Shown in pieces: positions 48,930-58,525 of a DNA stretch of 64,000 nt. The notes below the pieces were generated by a model. The model made no database searches. It was not told the origin of the DNA and saw only the letters and a program-made list of their open reading frames with translations. Position 1 is the first letter of the stretch. The number at the start of each line of letters is the position of its first letter. The DNA is taken from assembly GCA_017467185.1 (NCBI GenBank), contig JAFTSS010000085.1:1-64000 (forward strand), read 5' to 3'. This stretch comes from Paludibacteraceae bacterium. GTDB lineage: Bacteria; Bacteroidota; Bacteroidia; Bacteroidales; Paludibacteraceae. The position numbers and the translations under genes were made by a program.

Positions 48930-51900
48930 ATGAGAAAGTTAATTCTTTTGTTCTCGGCATTAGTACTTTGTATTGGTGTCGTATTTGGACAGGGAAAAAC
49001 TGTTTCGGGTCGCGTTATCGACGAAAATAACGAACCTGCAATCGGTGCCTCTATCCAGGTGAAAGGAGCGGAAACAGTAGGTACAATTTCCGATTTTGAT
49101 GGTAATTTTACTATTACTCTTCCTTCTGGTACAACTCATCTTATCGTTTCTTATGTGGGTTATACTACAGTTGAACAAGAAGCTGAAGATGGTATGGTTG
49201 TTCGTCTTACTACTGATGCTGAAGTTCTCGACGAAGTTATGGTTGTGGCTTATGGTACATCAACCAAAAAAGCTTTCGCAGGTTCTGCTACTGTGGTTAA
49301 ATCGGAGACTCTCGAAAAGAAAAACCCTACAGACGTATCTAAAGCTCTTGCTGGTGAGGTTGCTGGTGTGCAAGTGGTTTCATCTTCTGGTCAACCAGGT
49401 ACTTCTGCTACTATTCAAATTCGTGGTTTGGGTTCTATTAATGCAAGTTCTGCACCTCTTTATGTTGTCGATGGTGTGCCTTTCGATGGTGACGTTTCTG
49501 CTATTGACCCTTCGGATATAGCTTCTACAACAGTGTTGAAAGATGCTACAGCTACATCTCTTTATGGTTCTCGTGGTGCTAATGGTGTTATCTTGATTAC
49601 CACTAAAAAAGGTACTGCTGGTGATGCTGGTAAAATTGAAGTAGATGTTAAATATGGTGGTAACATGCGCTTAATTCCTTTGCATAATTCAATTACATCT
49701 CCTGAAAAATATATGGAACTTGCATGGGAGTCTATTTATAACCAATATTGGATTGATGGTAAAGCAAATCAAGAGATTGTTGGTAATGTAGGAGGTAAAG
49801 ATTTGACTCAATGGGTTGTTGATGGTATTCCAGCAGCACAGCTTGCTTCTCAAAAATTGTTTGGTAGCAAGGGAATTCCATTTGCTTATAATCGTTGGCA
49901 AAAACCAACTGATCCGCAAGCTGGGTCTCTTATTTATGATCAAAAATTTAAATATGATGACAATACTGGTATGTTGTTGGGTTATAACCCTGATTTTGGT
50001 AAATTCAATTATGCTTATAAACAATATCCAGGCTATGCAACAGATCCAGGTTGGGAAGATGCTCTTTTCCGTACAGGTCAAAAACTTGAGGCTAAAGTTA
50101 ATATTTCTGGTGGCTCTGAAAAGACTACATATTATACATCTTTTGGTTATTTGAGAGATCAAGGTTACTATATCGGTTCTGACTATAGTCGTGTTACAGG
50201 TCGTGTTAATGTTTCTCATGAAGCTAAAAAATGGTTGAAGGGTAGTATGAATATGAACTATTCTTATTCAACATTTGATAATCCAGGTCAAGATGGAGAT
50301 GGAGCTATGAATAATGGTTTCTTCTATGTGAACTCATGTCCTGCTATCTATCCAGTATTCTATTATGATGCAGAAGGTAATCGTATGGCAGACCCTCGTA
50401 TCGAAGGTGAAGATATGTATGACTATGGTGATGCTACTGGACGTACTTTTGGTTATGGTATCAACCCTGCTGGTGCTCTTAAATATGATAAACAACGCAC
50501 AGTTAGTCATCAAGTACTTGGTAATGCAACTTTGGAGGCTACTCTTTATAAGGGGCTTAAATTGAGTGCTAATGTTGGTTTCTTGTATCTTGGTAGTACT
50601 TATTCTAAATTGACAAATAACTATTATGGTGATGCTGCAAGTGTAGGTCGTATTTTGAAACAATCAAGTCATGGCTTTACTCTTAATGCTCTTCAACAAT
50701 TGTCTTATAATAACGATTTTGGTGGTGATCACGACTTTAGCGCTTTTGTTGCTCACGAAACTCGTTATACAAATTCGACAAACGTTTATGGTTACAAATC
50801 GTATATTACAAGACCTGATGGTCTTGAACTTGATAATGCCGTTGTGATGGATGATACTGGTTCTTCTACTTCTGAGCAAACTTTGGAATCTTATTTTGGA
50901 GAGGTTCGTTATCGTTATAAAGAACGTTATGGTATCCATGCTACTCTCCGTGCCGATGGTTCTTCTAAATTTGCTAAAGGTCACCGTTGGGGTACGTTTG
51001 GTGGTGTAGGTGTTACTTGGACTATCTCTAGTGAGGAGTTTATGCAAGGAGTTAACCTTCTTCGCGACCTCAAACTTAAAGCATCTTGGGGTATGCTTGG
51101 TAATCAAGGTATTAGTAGCTATCTTTACACAAATCGTTATTCTATCGTTAATGTTGGTGATATGCCAGGTATTTATCAATCGTTTGCAGGTACACCTGAT
51201 TTAACTTGGGAAAATTCTTCTATGGCTAACGTTGGTGTTGAATTTAATCTTGGTAAATATTTGACTGCAGAAATTGAGTATTATTATAAATATACTTCGG
51301 CTTTGTTGTTCCCTATTGCATTGGCTCCATCTACAGGTTTTTCAACTCGTTATGTAAATGACGCAATGATGGTTAACCAAGGTGTTGATTTCATGTTCAA
51401 TATTCATGCAGTTAATACTAACGCAGTTAAACTTGATATTCGTTTGACAGGTGGTCACGTTACTAATAAGATGACTAAAATGCCTAAAGATGCTCTTGGT
51501 ATAGAGATGGATATGAATGGTTCTATGGCTCTTGGTCACTCTATGCTTGACCTTTATATGCCACACTATTTAGGTGTTAGCAAAAATGGTGAAGCAACAT
51601 ACCAGATGTGGTATGATCCAATCTCTATTGAGGATGGTAGCAAAGTAACTAAAGAAATGGCGGATGCAGACCCTAATAGATATTCTATTTCTTCTGTGCA
51701 TCAATATATCTTGAACTATCATAAAAAGCACCCTAATTTCGATAAGTATATGAAGACGAGTGATCCTTCTTTAATACTTGAATCAACTTCAACAACAGAT
51801 GCTTCTAAAGCTTCAAGTTACTATATTGGAAAATCTCAACTTCCTAAGTTACAAGGTGGTTTCGGTTTTGATTTGTCTGTTTATGGCGTTGAACTTTCTG

Positions 51901-52361
51901 CTTCTTTCCAATATCAACTCGGTGGATATGGTTATGATAACATTTATGCAGGTTTGATGCATAGTGATCTTGTTGGTAAACAAAACTGGCACGAAGATAT
52001 GTACACAAATCGTTGGACAGAAGCTATCGGTGCTGAAATGAAAGAGGGAGAATTGCGTACAGATATTGCTCCTCGTTTGTCTAATGGTTCTGACTTTTAT
52101 GCAAATTCAGCATCTGATCGTTTTGTGATAACTACAAATTATTTATCTTTAGCTAATGTAAGTATTGGTTATTCTTTCCCTAAAAAATGGATGGAAAAAG
52201 CTAAATTAAACTCTTTGCGTTTGTCAGTTGCTGCTGATAACCTCTTCTGTTTGTCTGCTCGTCGTGGATTTATTCCAATGGCTTCTATGTATGGAACTTC
52301 TGATGTTTCGCAATATAGTCCGCTTTCTTCTATAATCGGTACTCTTAAAATTTCGTTCTAA
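48930..52361 (+). CDS. SusC/RagA-family TonB-dependent outer-membrane transporter
   Basis: 1143 aa with a signal peptide, a carboxypeptidase-regulatory-like N-domain, a TonB plug and a C-terminal beta-barrel ending in F. Confidence 0.9.
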   Translation: MRKLILLFSALVLCIGVVFGQGKTVSGRVIDENNEPAIGASIQVKGAETVGTISDFDGNFTITLPSGTTHLIVSYVGYTTVEQEAEDGMVVRLTTDAEVLDEVMVVAYGTSTKKAFAGSATVVKSETLEKKNPTDVSKALAGEVAGVQVVSSSGQPGTSATIQIRGLGSINASSAPLYVVDGVPFDGDVSAIDPSDIASTTVLKDATATSLYGSRGANGVILITTKKGTAGDAGKIEVDVKYGGNMRLIPLHNSITSPEKYMELAWESIYNQYWIDGKANQEIVGNVGGKDLTQWVVDGIPAAQLASQKLFGSKGIPFAYNRWQKPTDPQAGSLIYDQKFKYDDNTGMLLGYNPDFGKFNYAYKQYPGYATDPGWEDALFRTGQKLEAKVNISGGSEKTTYYTSFGYLRDQGYYIGSDYSRVTGRVNVSHEAKKWLKGSMNMNYSYSTFDNPGQDGDGAMNNGFFYVNSCPAIYPVFYYDAEGNRMADPRIEGEDMYDYGDATGRTFGYGINPAGALKYDKQRTVSHQVLGNATLEATLYKGLKLSANVGFLYLGSTYSKLTNNYYGDAASVGRILKQSSHGFTLNALQQLSYNNDFGGDHDFSAFVAHETRYTNSTNVYGYKSYITRPDGLELDNAVVMDDTGSSTSEQTLESYFGEVRYRYKERYGIHATLRADGSSKFAKGHRWGTFGGVGVTWTISSEEFMQGVNLLRDLKLKASWGMLGNQGISSYLYTNRYSIVNVGDMPGIYQSFAGTPDLTWENSSMANVGVEFNLGKYLTAEIEYYYKYTSALLFPIALAPSTGFSTRYVNDAMMVNQGVDFMFNIHAVNTNAVKLDIRLTGGHVTNKMTKMPKDALGIEMDMNGSMALGHSMLDLYMPHYLGVSKNGEATYQMWYDPISIEDGSKVTKEMADADPNRYSISSVHQYILNYHKKHPNFDKYMKTSDPSLILESTSTTDASKASSYYIGKSQLPKLQGGFGFDLSVYGVELSASFQYQLGGYGYDNIYAGLMHSDLVGKQNWHEDMYTNRWTEAIGAEMKEGELRTDIAPRLSNGSDFYANSASDRFVITTNYLSLANVSIGYSFPKKWMEKAKLNSLRLSVAADNLFCLSARRGFIPMASMYGTSDVSQYSPLSSIIGTLKISF

Positions 52362-52387
52362 TTTTAATAATTTAAATATTTGCTAAA

Positions 52388-54016
52388 ATGAAAACTATTA
52401 AAATATTCTTTTTAGGTTTGGCTTTAGTGCTTGGCCTCTCGGCTTGTTCTGACAAGTTTTTGGATACCGAGTTGACAGGTAGCAGTATTACACAAGAGGA
52501 ATTAGATGGTCTTGGTAATACTATGATTGAGCGTGTTCGTGGTTTGTATGCGCTTATGTTCCAATATGGTGGAGACCACCAATCTTTTGGTCAAAAATCT
52601 ATTGATATATCTACTGATATTTTGTCAGGAGATGTAGCTTTAACTAATCCAGGTTATGGCTATTGGTCTTCTTATGCTGCTCGTCTTGCTTATACAAGTG
52701 GAGGATATATTTGGAGTCATCATTATTTAATTGTAGCTAATGCTAATAATATTGTGCGATATTACAATGAATTAGATAGAGCTGATTGGACTTTAACTGA
52801 CTCTTTGTGTTATGCAGAAACACTTACTTTGCGTGCGTATAGTTATTTTAATTTGGGTCACTTCTTCTCTCCATCTCCATCAAATACTGATCCTCAAGTT
52901 TATTCTTCATTGATTACATGTGAAGATGCTACCCGTCGAGAAAATCCTAATGCGATTGTTAATAGACATGACTATTATGTAACTTGTCCTATTTACAAAG
53001 GTGACTCTACAGAGTATAATCCTGAAAATGGATTATTGTATCCTAAAGTGTTATCTGGTATTACTGATGTTTATTCTTTTGTTTTAGAAGACGTTGATGC
53101 TGCAATTGAGTATTTTGAATATTTAGAAACAAAAGCTATTAAACGTGAATCAAAATTGCATGTTAATAAAGAAGTTGCTAGTATTATTGGTGGATACACA
53201 GCCCTTCAATTGGGTCGTTACCATGATAATGCTGATTATTATGAACTTGCTTATAATTATGTTGCTCCTATTCTTGGAGGGGAGTTTGAATTGTTAGAAT
53301 ATGCTAAAGTTTTAGAGACTGGTTTTCATGATGTGACTGATAAGTCATGGATTTGGGGACTTGATGTTACTCGCGAAAATTCTACATCTTTGGCTTCATT
53401 CTGGGGACACATGGATATTCATACTTATTCATACGCAGCAGCTGGTGGTATTTTGGGTATTGATAAAAAACTTTATGAAGAAATTCCTGAAACTGATATT
53501 CGCAGACAATGGTTTAATGCAACAGGTGATTATAATTATTGTCCACAGAATAAATTCTATTTTGGAGATAGAGATACTCGTCATGACCCAATAGCAACTG
53601 GTACATTGAATGGAGTTGACCGTAACTGGTTAAGTGATATCGTTTATATGCGTATTGAAGAGGCTTATTTGCTTGCTGCAGAAGCTGCTTATCGCATGGG
53701 TAATAATGCTGAAGCTAAAAATGTTCTTTCTCAGCTTCTTGTAGAACGTGACCCTACTATTGCTTCTACTTTGACAGATGATAATCTTTTGAAACAACTT
53801 TATTTCAACTGGCGTGTAGAACTTTGGGGCGAAGGTCGTGGTTTATTAACATTTAAACGTTTTGGTTCTGATCTTCCTGATAAATTGCGTGGAGGTAATC
53901 ACTATTATTATCCAGAAAAAGAGATGTCTTATGCCGATCCAGAAGTTACATTTACACTTCCTTCTTCTGAATTTGCTTACAATAATGCTTTGCAACCAGA
54001 TTCTATTGCTAACTAA
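52388..54016 (+). CDS. SusD/RagB-family nutrient-binding lipoprotein
   Basis: 542 aa with a lipobox LSACSD, immediately downstream of the SusC-like gene. Confidence 0.85.
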   Translation: MKTIKIFFLGLALVLGLSACSDKFLDTELTGSSITQEELDGLGNTMIERVRGLYALMFQYGGDHQSFGQKSIDISTDILSGDVALTNPGYGYWSSYAARLAYTSGGYIWSHHYLIVANANNIVRYYNELDRADWTLTDSLCYAETLTLRAYSYFNLGHFFSPSPSNTDPQVYSSLITCEDATRRENPNAIVNRHDYYVTCPIYKGDSTEYNPENGLLYPKVLSGITDVYSFVLEDVDAAIEYFEYLETKAIKRESKLHVNKEVASIIGGYTALQLGRYHDNADYYELAYNYVAPILGGEFELLEYAKVLETGFHDVTDKSWIWGLDVTRENSTSLASFWGHMDIHTYSYAAAGGILGIDKKLYEEIPETDIRRQWFNATGDYNYCPQNKFYFGDRDTRHDPIATGTLNGVDRNWLSDIVYMRIEEAYLLAAEAAYRMGNNAEAKNVLSQLLVERDPTIASTLTDDNLLKQLYFNWRVELWGEGRGLLTFKRFGSDLPDKLRGGNHYYYPEKEMSYADPEVTFTLPSSEFAYNNALQPDSIAN

Positions 54017-54054
54017 TATAATTAATCTTTTATTAACTTAAAATTATTTGAATT

Positions 54055-55356
54055 ATGAAAAAGTTTTTGTTTTTCTTAATGTCTCTTGCTGTTTTTGCTT
54101 TTACAGCATGTGAGGAGCCAGGTTCTGGTAATGCAGGTGGTAATGGTAATGATACTACTAGTGTTTCTAAACCAGCAGAAATTGATCCTAATACAGTTTT
54201 GACTCTTTCTCCAGCAGAGTTTAGTATCACTCCTGGTGAGCAAAAACGTATTACTCCAAATTTGAACCCACAGCCAACAGGTTCTTTCAATATGATTTGG
54301 ACTTCAAGTGATAACAATGTTGCTACTGTAGCTGGTGCTGTTGTTACAGGTGTTGCTTCAGGTAAAGCTACTATTACAGCTCAAATTGAAGGTACAGATA
54401 TTAAAGCTTCTGTATCAGTTAAAGTTGGTACTCCTATAGAAAATGTTGAGTTCTCAAAAGTTCAAATTCTTGGTTATAAAGCAGATATGCTTCCTTTGTC
54501 TGTGAAAGGATTTGATTATGATGAAGAAGGAAATGTTATTAAAGATGAAAATGGTGACACTATTTGGAATGAAATAACTGATATTAATGATGATGGTACA
54601 GATGATTACTTTATTAAAGGTGTCGCTTATATTATGCCTTCTGGTATGACTTATGGTAGTGATGGATTATCTGGAACTTCTGATTATTTAGTTTTTGTTC
54701 AAACTTCTATTATCTTTGATGGTACTTATATTTATCCAGTATGGAATTATAAATTCTCAAGTAATCCGGAAGAATATTTGACTGAAGAAGTTAATGAAGA
54801 AGGTAAACAATGTATGAAATGGAGATATGCAACATATACTAATTTTAGTGAAGAACTTTATGGTAAATATTGGTATAGAGTTATTGCATCTAAAGGTGAC
54901 TGGCCATCTTCTCAAGAGGAATATGATGCATATATGGCAGAAAATTATTATATGGGTGATTTAGATTCTTATGTAGCTTATTTTGTTACACCAGATGATA
55001 AAGAAGCTTATGCAACAATTGGTGGTTTAGTTTCTGGCGGTAGTGGTTTTGGTACTGATCTTGTTGATGGAGAGCTTGTTTTGAGTTATTTGGATATTCA
55101 ATTGGATTTCTTTGATAATTTCGACTTTTATGGTTTAGCTATTGAAGGAGAAGGTGATCAAGCTTCATTTGTTCCAGTAGGAGAAGGTGAAAATGCATAT
55201 TTCAAAATGGCAGATATGATTACTCGTACATTCTCATTCGATAATAGAAGTGCAGCTTCAGCACCTAGAAAAGCTCTTGCTAAAGGTATGACAATGAAAC
55301 GTATGGAAGCTAATATTCTTACAAACCTTCCTATGGTACAAATGCTCCCTCGTTAA
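54055..55356 (+). CDS. surface lipoprotein with Big_2 (bacterial Ig-like) domain; SusE/F-position accessory protein
   Basis: 433 aa with a lipobox FTACEE. It has a Big_2-like segment (SSDNNVATVAGAVVTGVASGKATITAQ). Confidence 0.5.
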   Translation: MKKFLFFLMSLAVFAFTACEEPGSGNAGGNGNDTTSVSKPAEIDPNTVLTLSPAEFSITPGEQKRITPNLNPQPTGSFNMIWTSSDNNVATVAGAVVTGVASGKATITAQIEGTDIKASVSVKVGTPIENVEFSKVQILGYKADMLPLSVKGFDYDEEGNVIKDENGDTIWNEITDINDDGTDDYFIKGVAYIMPSGMTYGSDGLSGTSDYLVFVQTSIIFDGTYIYPVWNYKFSSNPEEYLTEEVNEEGKQCMKWRYATYTNFSEELYGKYWYRVIASKGDWPSSQEEYDAYMAENYYMGDLDSYVAYFVTPDDKEAYATIGGLVSGGSGFGTDLVDGELVLSYLDIQLDFFDNFDFYGLAIEGEGDQASFVPVGEGENAYFKMADMITRTFSFDNRSAASAPRKALAKGMTMKRMEANILTNLPMVQMLPR

Positions 55357-55524
55357 TAAAATAAGTTGTATTTTATTATAATTTAGTCCATCTACATTTG
55401 TAGATGGACTTTTTTTATAAAAAAACATTTTTATTGCTTGTGTAATATATTTTTTTTAATTATCTTTGCAAAATATTAGTATCTGTGTATAATATAAATT
55501 AAATCAATCTTATATCTATCAATT

Positions 55525-58455
55525 ATGAAAAAGTTATTTTCAAGTTTATTCTTGTTATTGTGCCTTTCTGTAATGGTTAAGGCTGTGCCAGCTTATCCTG
55601 GTTTATTAACAAAAACACAACCTGATGGTTCTGTTATTAATTATTATCTTCGAGGTGATGAGATTTTTAATTTCGCAATGTCAGAAGATGGTTATTTGAT
55701 GGTTGCTAATGAAAATGGAATTTTTGAATATGCTGAGTTAAATGACCAAATGGAGGTAGTTTCGGTTGGTATTAAAGTGTCGAATATTGATGATAGAACT
55801 TTAAGAGAGAAACGCTATTTGAAAAATGCCTCTAAAGTTGAGGAACTTGGAATAGAGCTTAATCAAGTAGCTTCAGTTGCACGTGCAAAAAAACAACAAC
55901 GTGCTAATGCTGAATCTAAAGCTCCGGTTAAACGTTATCCTTTGAAAGGTTCGCCTACAAGTTTGGTGATACTTGTTAATTTTACTGATGTTGCATTTAC
56001 TTCTCCAACAGCAAAAGAGGATTTTACTGCGTTGTTGAATCAAGAAAATTATTCTAAAAATGGTGCAACAGGGTCAGCTAAAGATTTCTTTAAAGCTTCT
56101 TCTAATGGTGTATTCCACCCTGATTTTATAGTTGTTGGACCTTATACTTTGCCTAAAGATATGGCTTATTATGGAACGGACTATGGTTCAGGTTCAGATC
56201 GTAATGAAAGTTATGCAGGACAAATGATTATTGATGCTTGTAAGGCTGCTGATGCTGATGTTGATTTTTTAGAGTATGATACTGATGGCAATGGTTATAT
56301 TGATAATGTTTTTGTCTATTATGCTGGATATAATCAAGCAGAAGGAGGTTCTAAAGATGCAGTTTGGCCTCATCGTTCTCAAATTATGGCAAAGCAAAAT
56401 TTTGATGGTGTTTTGCTTAGAGACTATGCTTGTACTTCAGAGTTGAAAGGAAATAGTGGTACAACTATGTGTGGAATTGGTACGTTCTGTCATGAATTTG
56501 GTCACGTGTTAAGTTTACCTGACTTCTATGTAACTGACTATGGTCATAGTGAGCCTACACTTGGAGCTTGGGATGCAATGGATCAAGGTCCTTATAATAA
56601 TGAGGGAAGAACTCCTCCATCATATTCTTCATACGAACGTTTTTTCTTAGGTTGGTTAGAACCTCAAATACTTGAACTCGGAGGTATGTATGAATTGCAA
56701 CCATTAGTGTCATCTAATACAGCCTATATATTGGCAAAAGAGAAACCTAACTTAAATGGTGCACGTCCAACCCCAAATGAGTTTTTTATGATTGAAAATC
56801 GTCAAAAAATAGGTTGGGATTCTGTTGGCCTACCTGGTACTGGCATGTTGGTTACTCATATTGACTGGGATGATAGTAAATGGCGTAGTAATATAGTTAA
56901 TAACACTCCTGATAATATGGGTGTTCAAATAGTTTGTGCTGCAGAAACAACAAGACGACCAGCATATAATACTTTTCCTGGTGATGGAGATGTTTCAACA
57001 TGTTATCTTTCAATGAAAGATGGTTATAAATTTGAAGAACCAATAACAGCAATACAGGAAAAAGAGGATGGAACTATTTCTTTTGTTTATGGGGAGGCTT
57101 TGGATGCTCCTTATATTTCAAAAGAAGGGGATGATATAAGTTATTTTGTGACAGACTATGAAACTGCAATTGTGAAACTTGTTAATTTTAAAGGTCATAA
57201 GTTAGCTCAAAATGTTAAATTTGAGTTAATGATTGGAACTAATTTTAAAATTAGAAAATATGGTGATGAGGATTTTAGGAAATCTGTAAATATTGAGCTT
57301 GCTTCAGATTCTGTGATGGACTTAGTTTTAGAAATTCAATTTAATCCTAAAAAAATTACAAGTGGAGATGATTTGTTAATTGATAGATTGTCTGTTACAA
57401 CTGATAATTATAGCATATTTTATGATATTAAAGGCAAGTCTAATAAGCCTATTAATGTAAAAAAACCAGTAGCATACGAGGCTAAGGATATTACAGAGTC
57501 ATCGTTTATTGCTCATTGGCAAGGACAGCCAAAGGCAACTTGTTATTATCTATCTGTTTATTCTTTGAATAATACTCCTACTTCAGAAACAGAAGAATTT
57601 GCAGTATTCTCAGAAAAAGAAAAACCAGAAGGTTGGGAGGCTAATTTTATTTCAACAAGCTCGTTATATAAATCATCTACTCCGATATCTGTATATTTTA
57701 AAACTGATGCAGATACATTGTGGTCTAAAGAATATTTCTCTAAGGTAGATAAAGTTACTTTGTGGTTACACTCTAATAATACAATTGGTACTTTCTATGT
57801 TGATGGTTTTGTTAATGGAAAATGGATTAATGTATATACAAAAGAGATAACAACATCAGTGAAACGTCAAACAGAATCGTTTGAATTGGGTGCTAATGCT
57901 TGTACTAAGTTTAGAATGTATTATAAGTCAACATCTAATTCTACTGGTGGTGTATGTTTAGATGATTTTGTTGCTGAAACTTATACTTCTCCAGAATTTG
58001 TTTACAATGGTGAGTATTTAGAGTTATATGATACTTTGTTAAATGTAAAAGGTTTGACTAATGATAGATTGTATTACTATAAATTGAGAGCATCAGATAA
58101 AGATTTGCAAGCTGTTTCGGATCCAGATGAACTTATTAGTTCTTATTCTAACGAAATAAAAGTTGATTTGGTTGGTGGTGTCGGTGTTGATAATATTTTT
58201 GGTGACATTTCAGAATTGGTTATTGAATATGCCACTGATGGTTCTGGTGATGTATTTGTTGATTTAGGTGAAACTCCAACTGATATGTCTCGATTGTATA
58301 TATATTCTATTGATGGTCGTTTGGTTAAGACTATTATTCCTGCTGAGCAAAGATTGAAAATCGAAGATCTTGTAGTTAATAATTTGTATATCGTTAAGTA
58401 TTCAAATCAAGGCTCATCGGATAAAACTACTAAAATAGGAAAAGTTGTATATTGA
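55525..58455 (+). CDS. T9SS-secreted zinc metalloprotease, M6 (immune inhibitor A)-like catalytic domain
   Basis: 976 aa with a signal peptide. The zinc-binding motif is HEFGHVLSLPDFY. It has a C-terminal Por secretion tail. Confidence 0.6.
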   Translation: MKKLFSSLFLLLCLSVMVKAVPAYPGLLTKTQPDGSVINYYLRGDEIFNFAMSEDGYLMVANENGIFEYAELNDQMEVVSVGIKVSNIDDRTLREKRYLKNASKVEELGIELNQVASVARAKKQQRANAESKAPVKRYPLKGSPTSLVILVNFTDVAFTSPTAKEDFTALLNQENYSKNGATGSAKDFFKASSNGVFHPDFIVVGPYTLPKDMAYYGTDYGSGSDRNESYAGQMIIDACKAADADVDFLEYDTDGNGYIDNVFVYYAGYNQAEGGSKDAVWPHRSQIMAKQNFDGVLLRDYACTSELKGNSGTTMCGIGTFCHEFGHVLSLPDFYVTDYGHSEPTLGAWDAMDQGPYNNEGRTPPSYSSYERFFLGWLEPQILELGGMYELQPLVSSNTAYILAKEKPNLNGARPTPNEFFMIENRQKIGWDSVGLPGTGMLVTHIDWDDSKWRSNIVNNTPDNMGVQIVCAAETTRRPAYNTFPGDGDVSTCYLSMKDGYKFEEPITAIQEKEDGTISFVYGEALDAPYISKEGDDISYFVTDYETAIVKLVNFKGHKLAQNVKFELMIGTNFKIRKYGDEDFRKSVNIELASDSVMDLVLEIQFNPKKITSGDDLLIDRLSVTTDNYSIFYDIKGKSNKPINVKKPVAYEAKDITESSFIAHWQGQPKATCYYLSVYSLNNTPTSETEEFAVFSEKEKPEGWEANFISTSSLYKSSTPISVYFKTDADTLWSKEYFSKVDKVTLWLHSNNTIGTFYVDGFVNGKWINVYTKEITTSVKRQTESFELGANACTKFRMYYKSTSNSTGGVCLDDFVAETYTSPEFVYNGEYLELYDTLLNVKGLTNDRLYYYKLRASDKDLQAVSDPDELISSYSNEIKVDLVGGVGVDNIFGDISELVIEYATDGSGDVFVDLGETPTDMSRLYIYSIDGRLVKTIIPAEQRLKIEDLVVNNLYIVKYSNQGSSDKTTKIGKVVY

Positions 58456-58525
58456 TTTTTTAGTATTTAAATAAATATGAAGGGGAACTTTTGTTTAAGG
58501 TTCCCCTTTATAAAATAATTGCTTT

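Noticed and set aside
49096-51566. ORFs 49096..49521, 49689..50219, 50664..51179 and others inside the SusC-like gene
   Set aside because: They are alternative-frame and antisense shadows of a 1143-aa TonB-dependent transporter.
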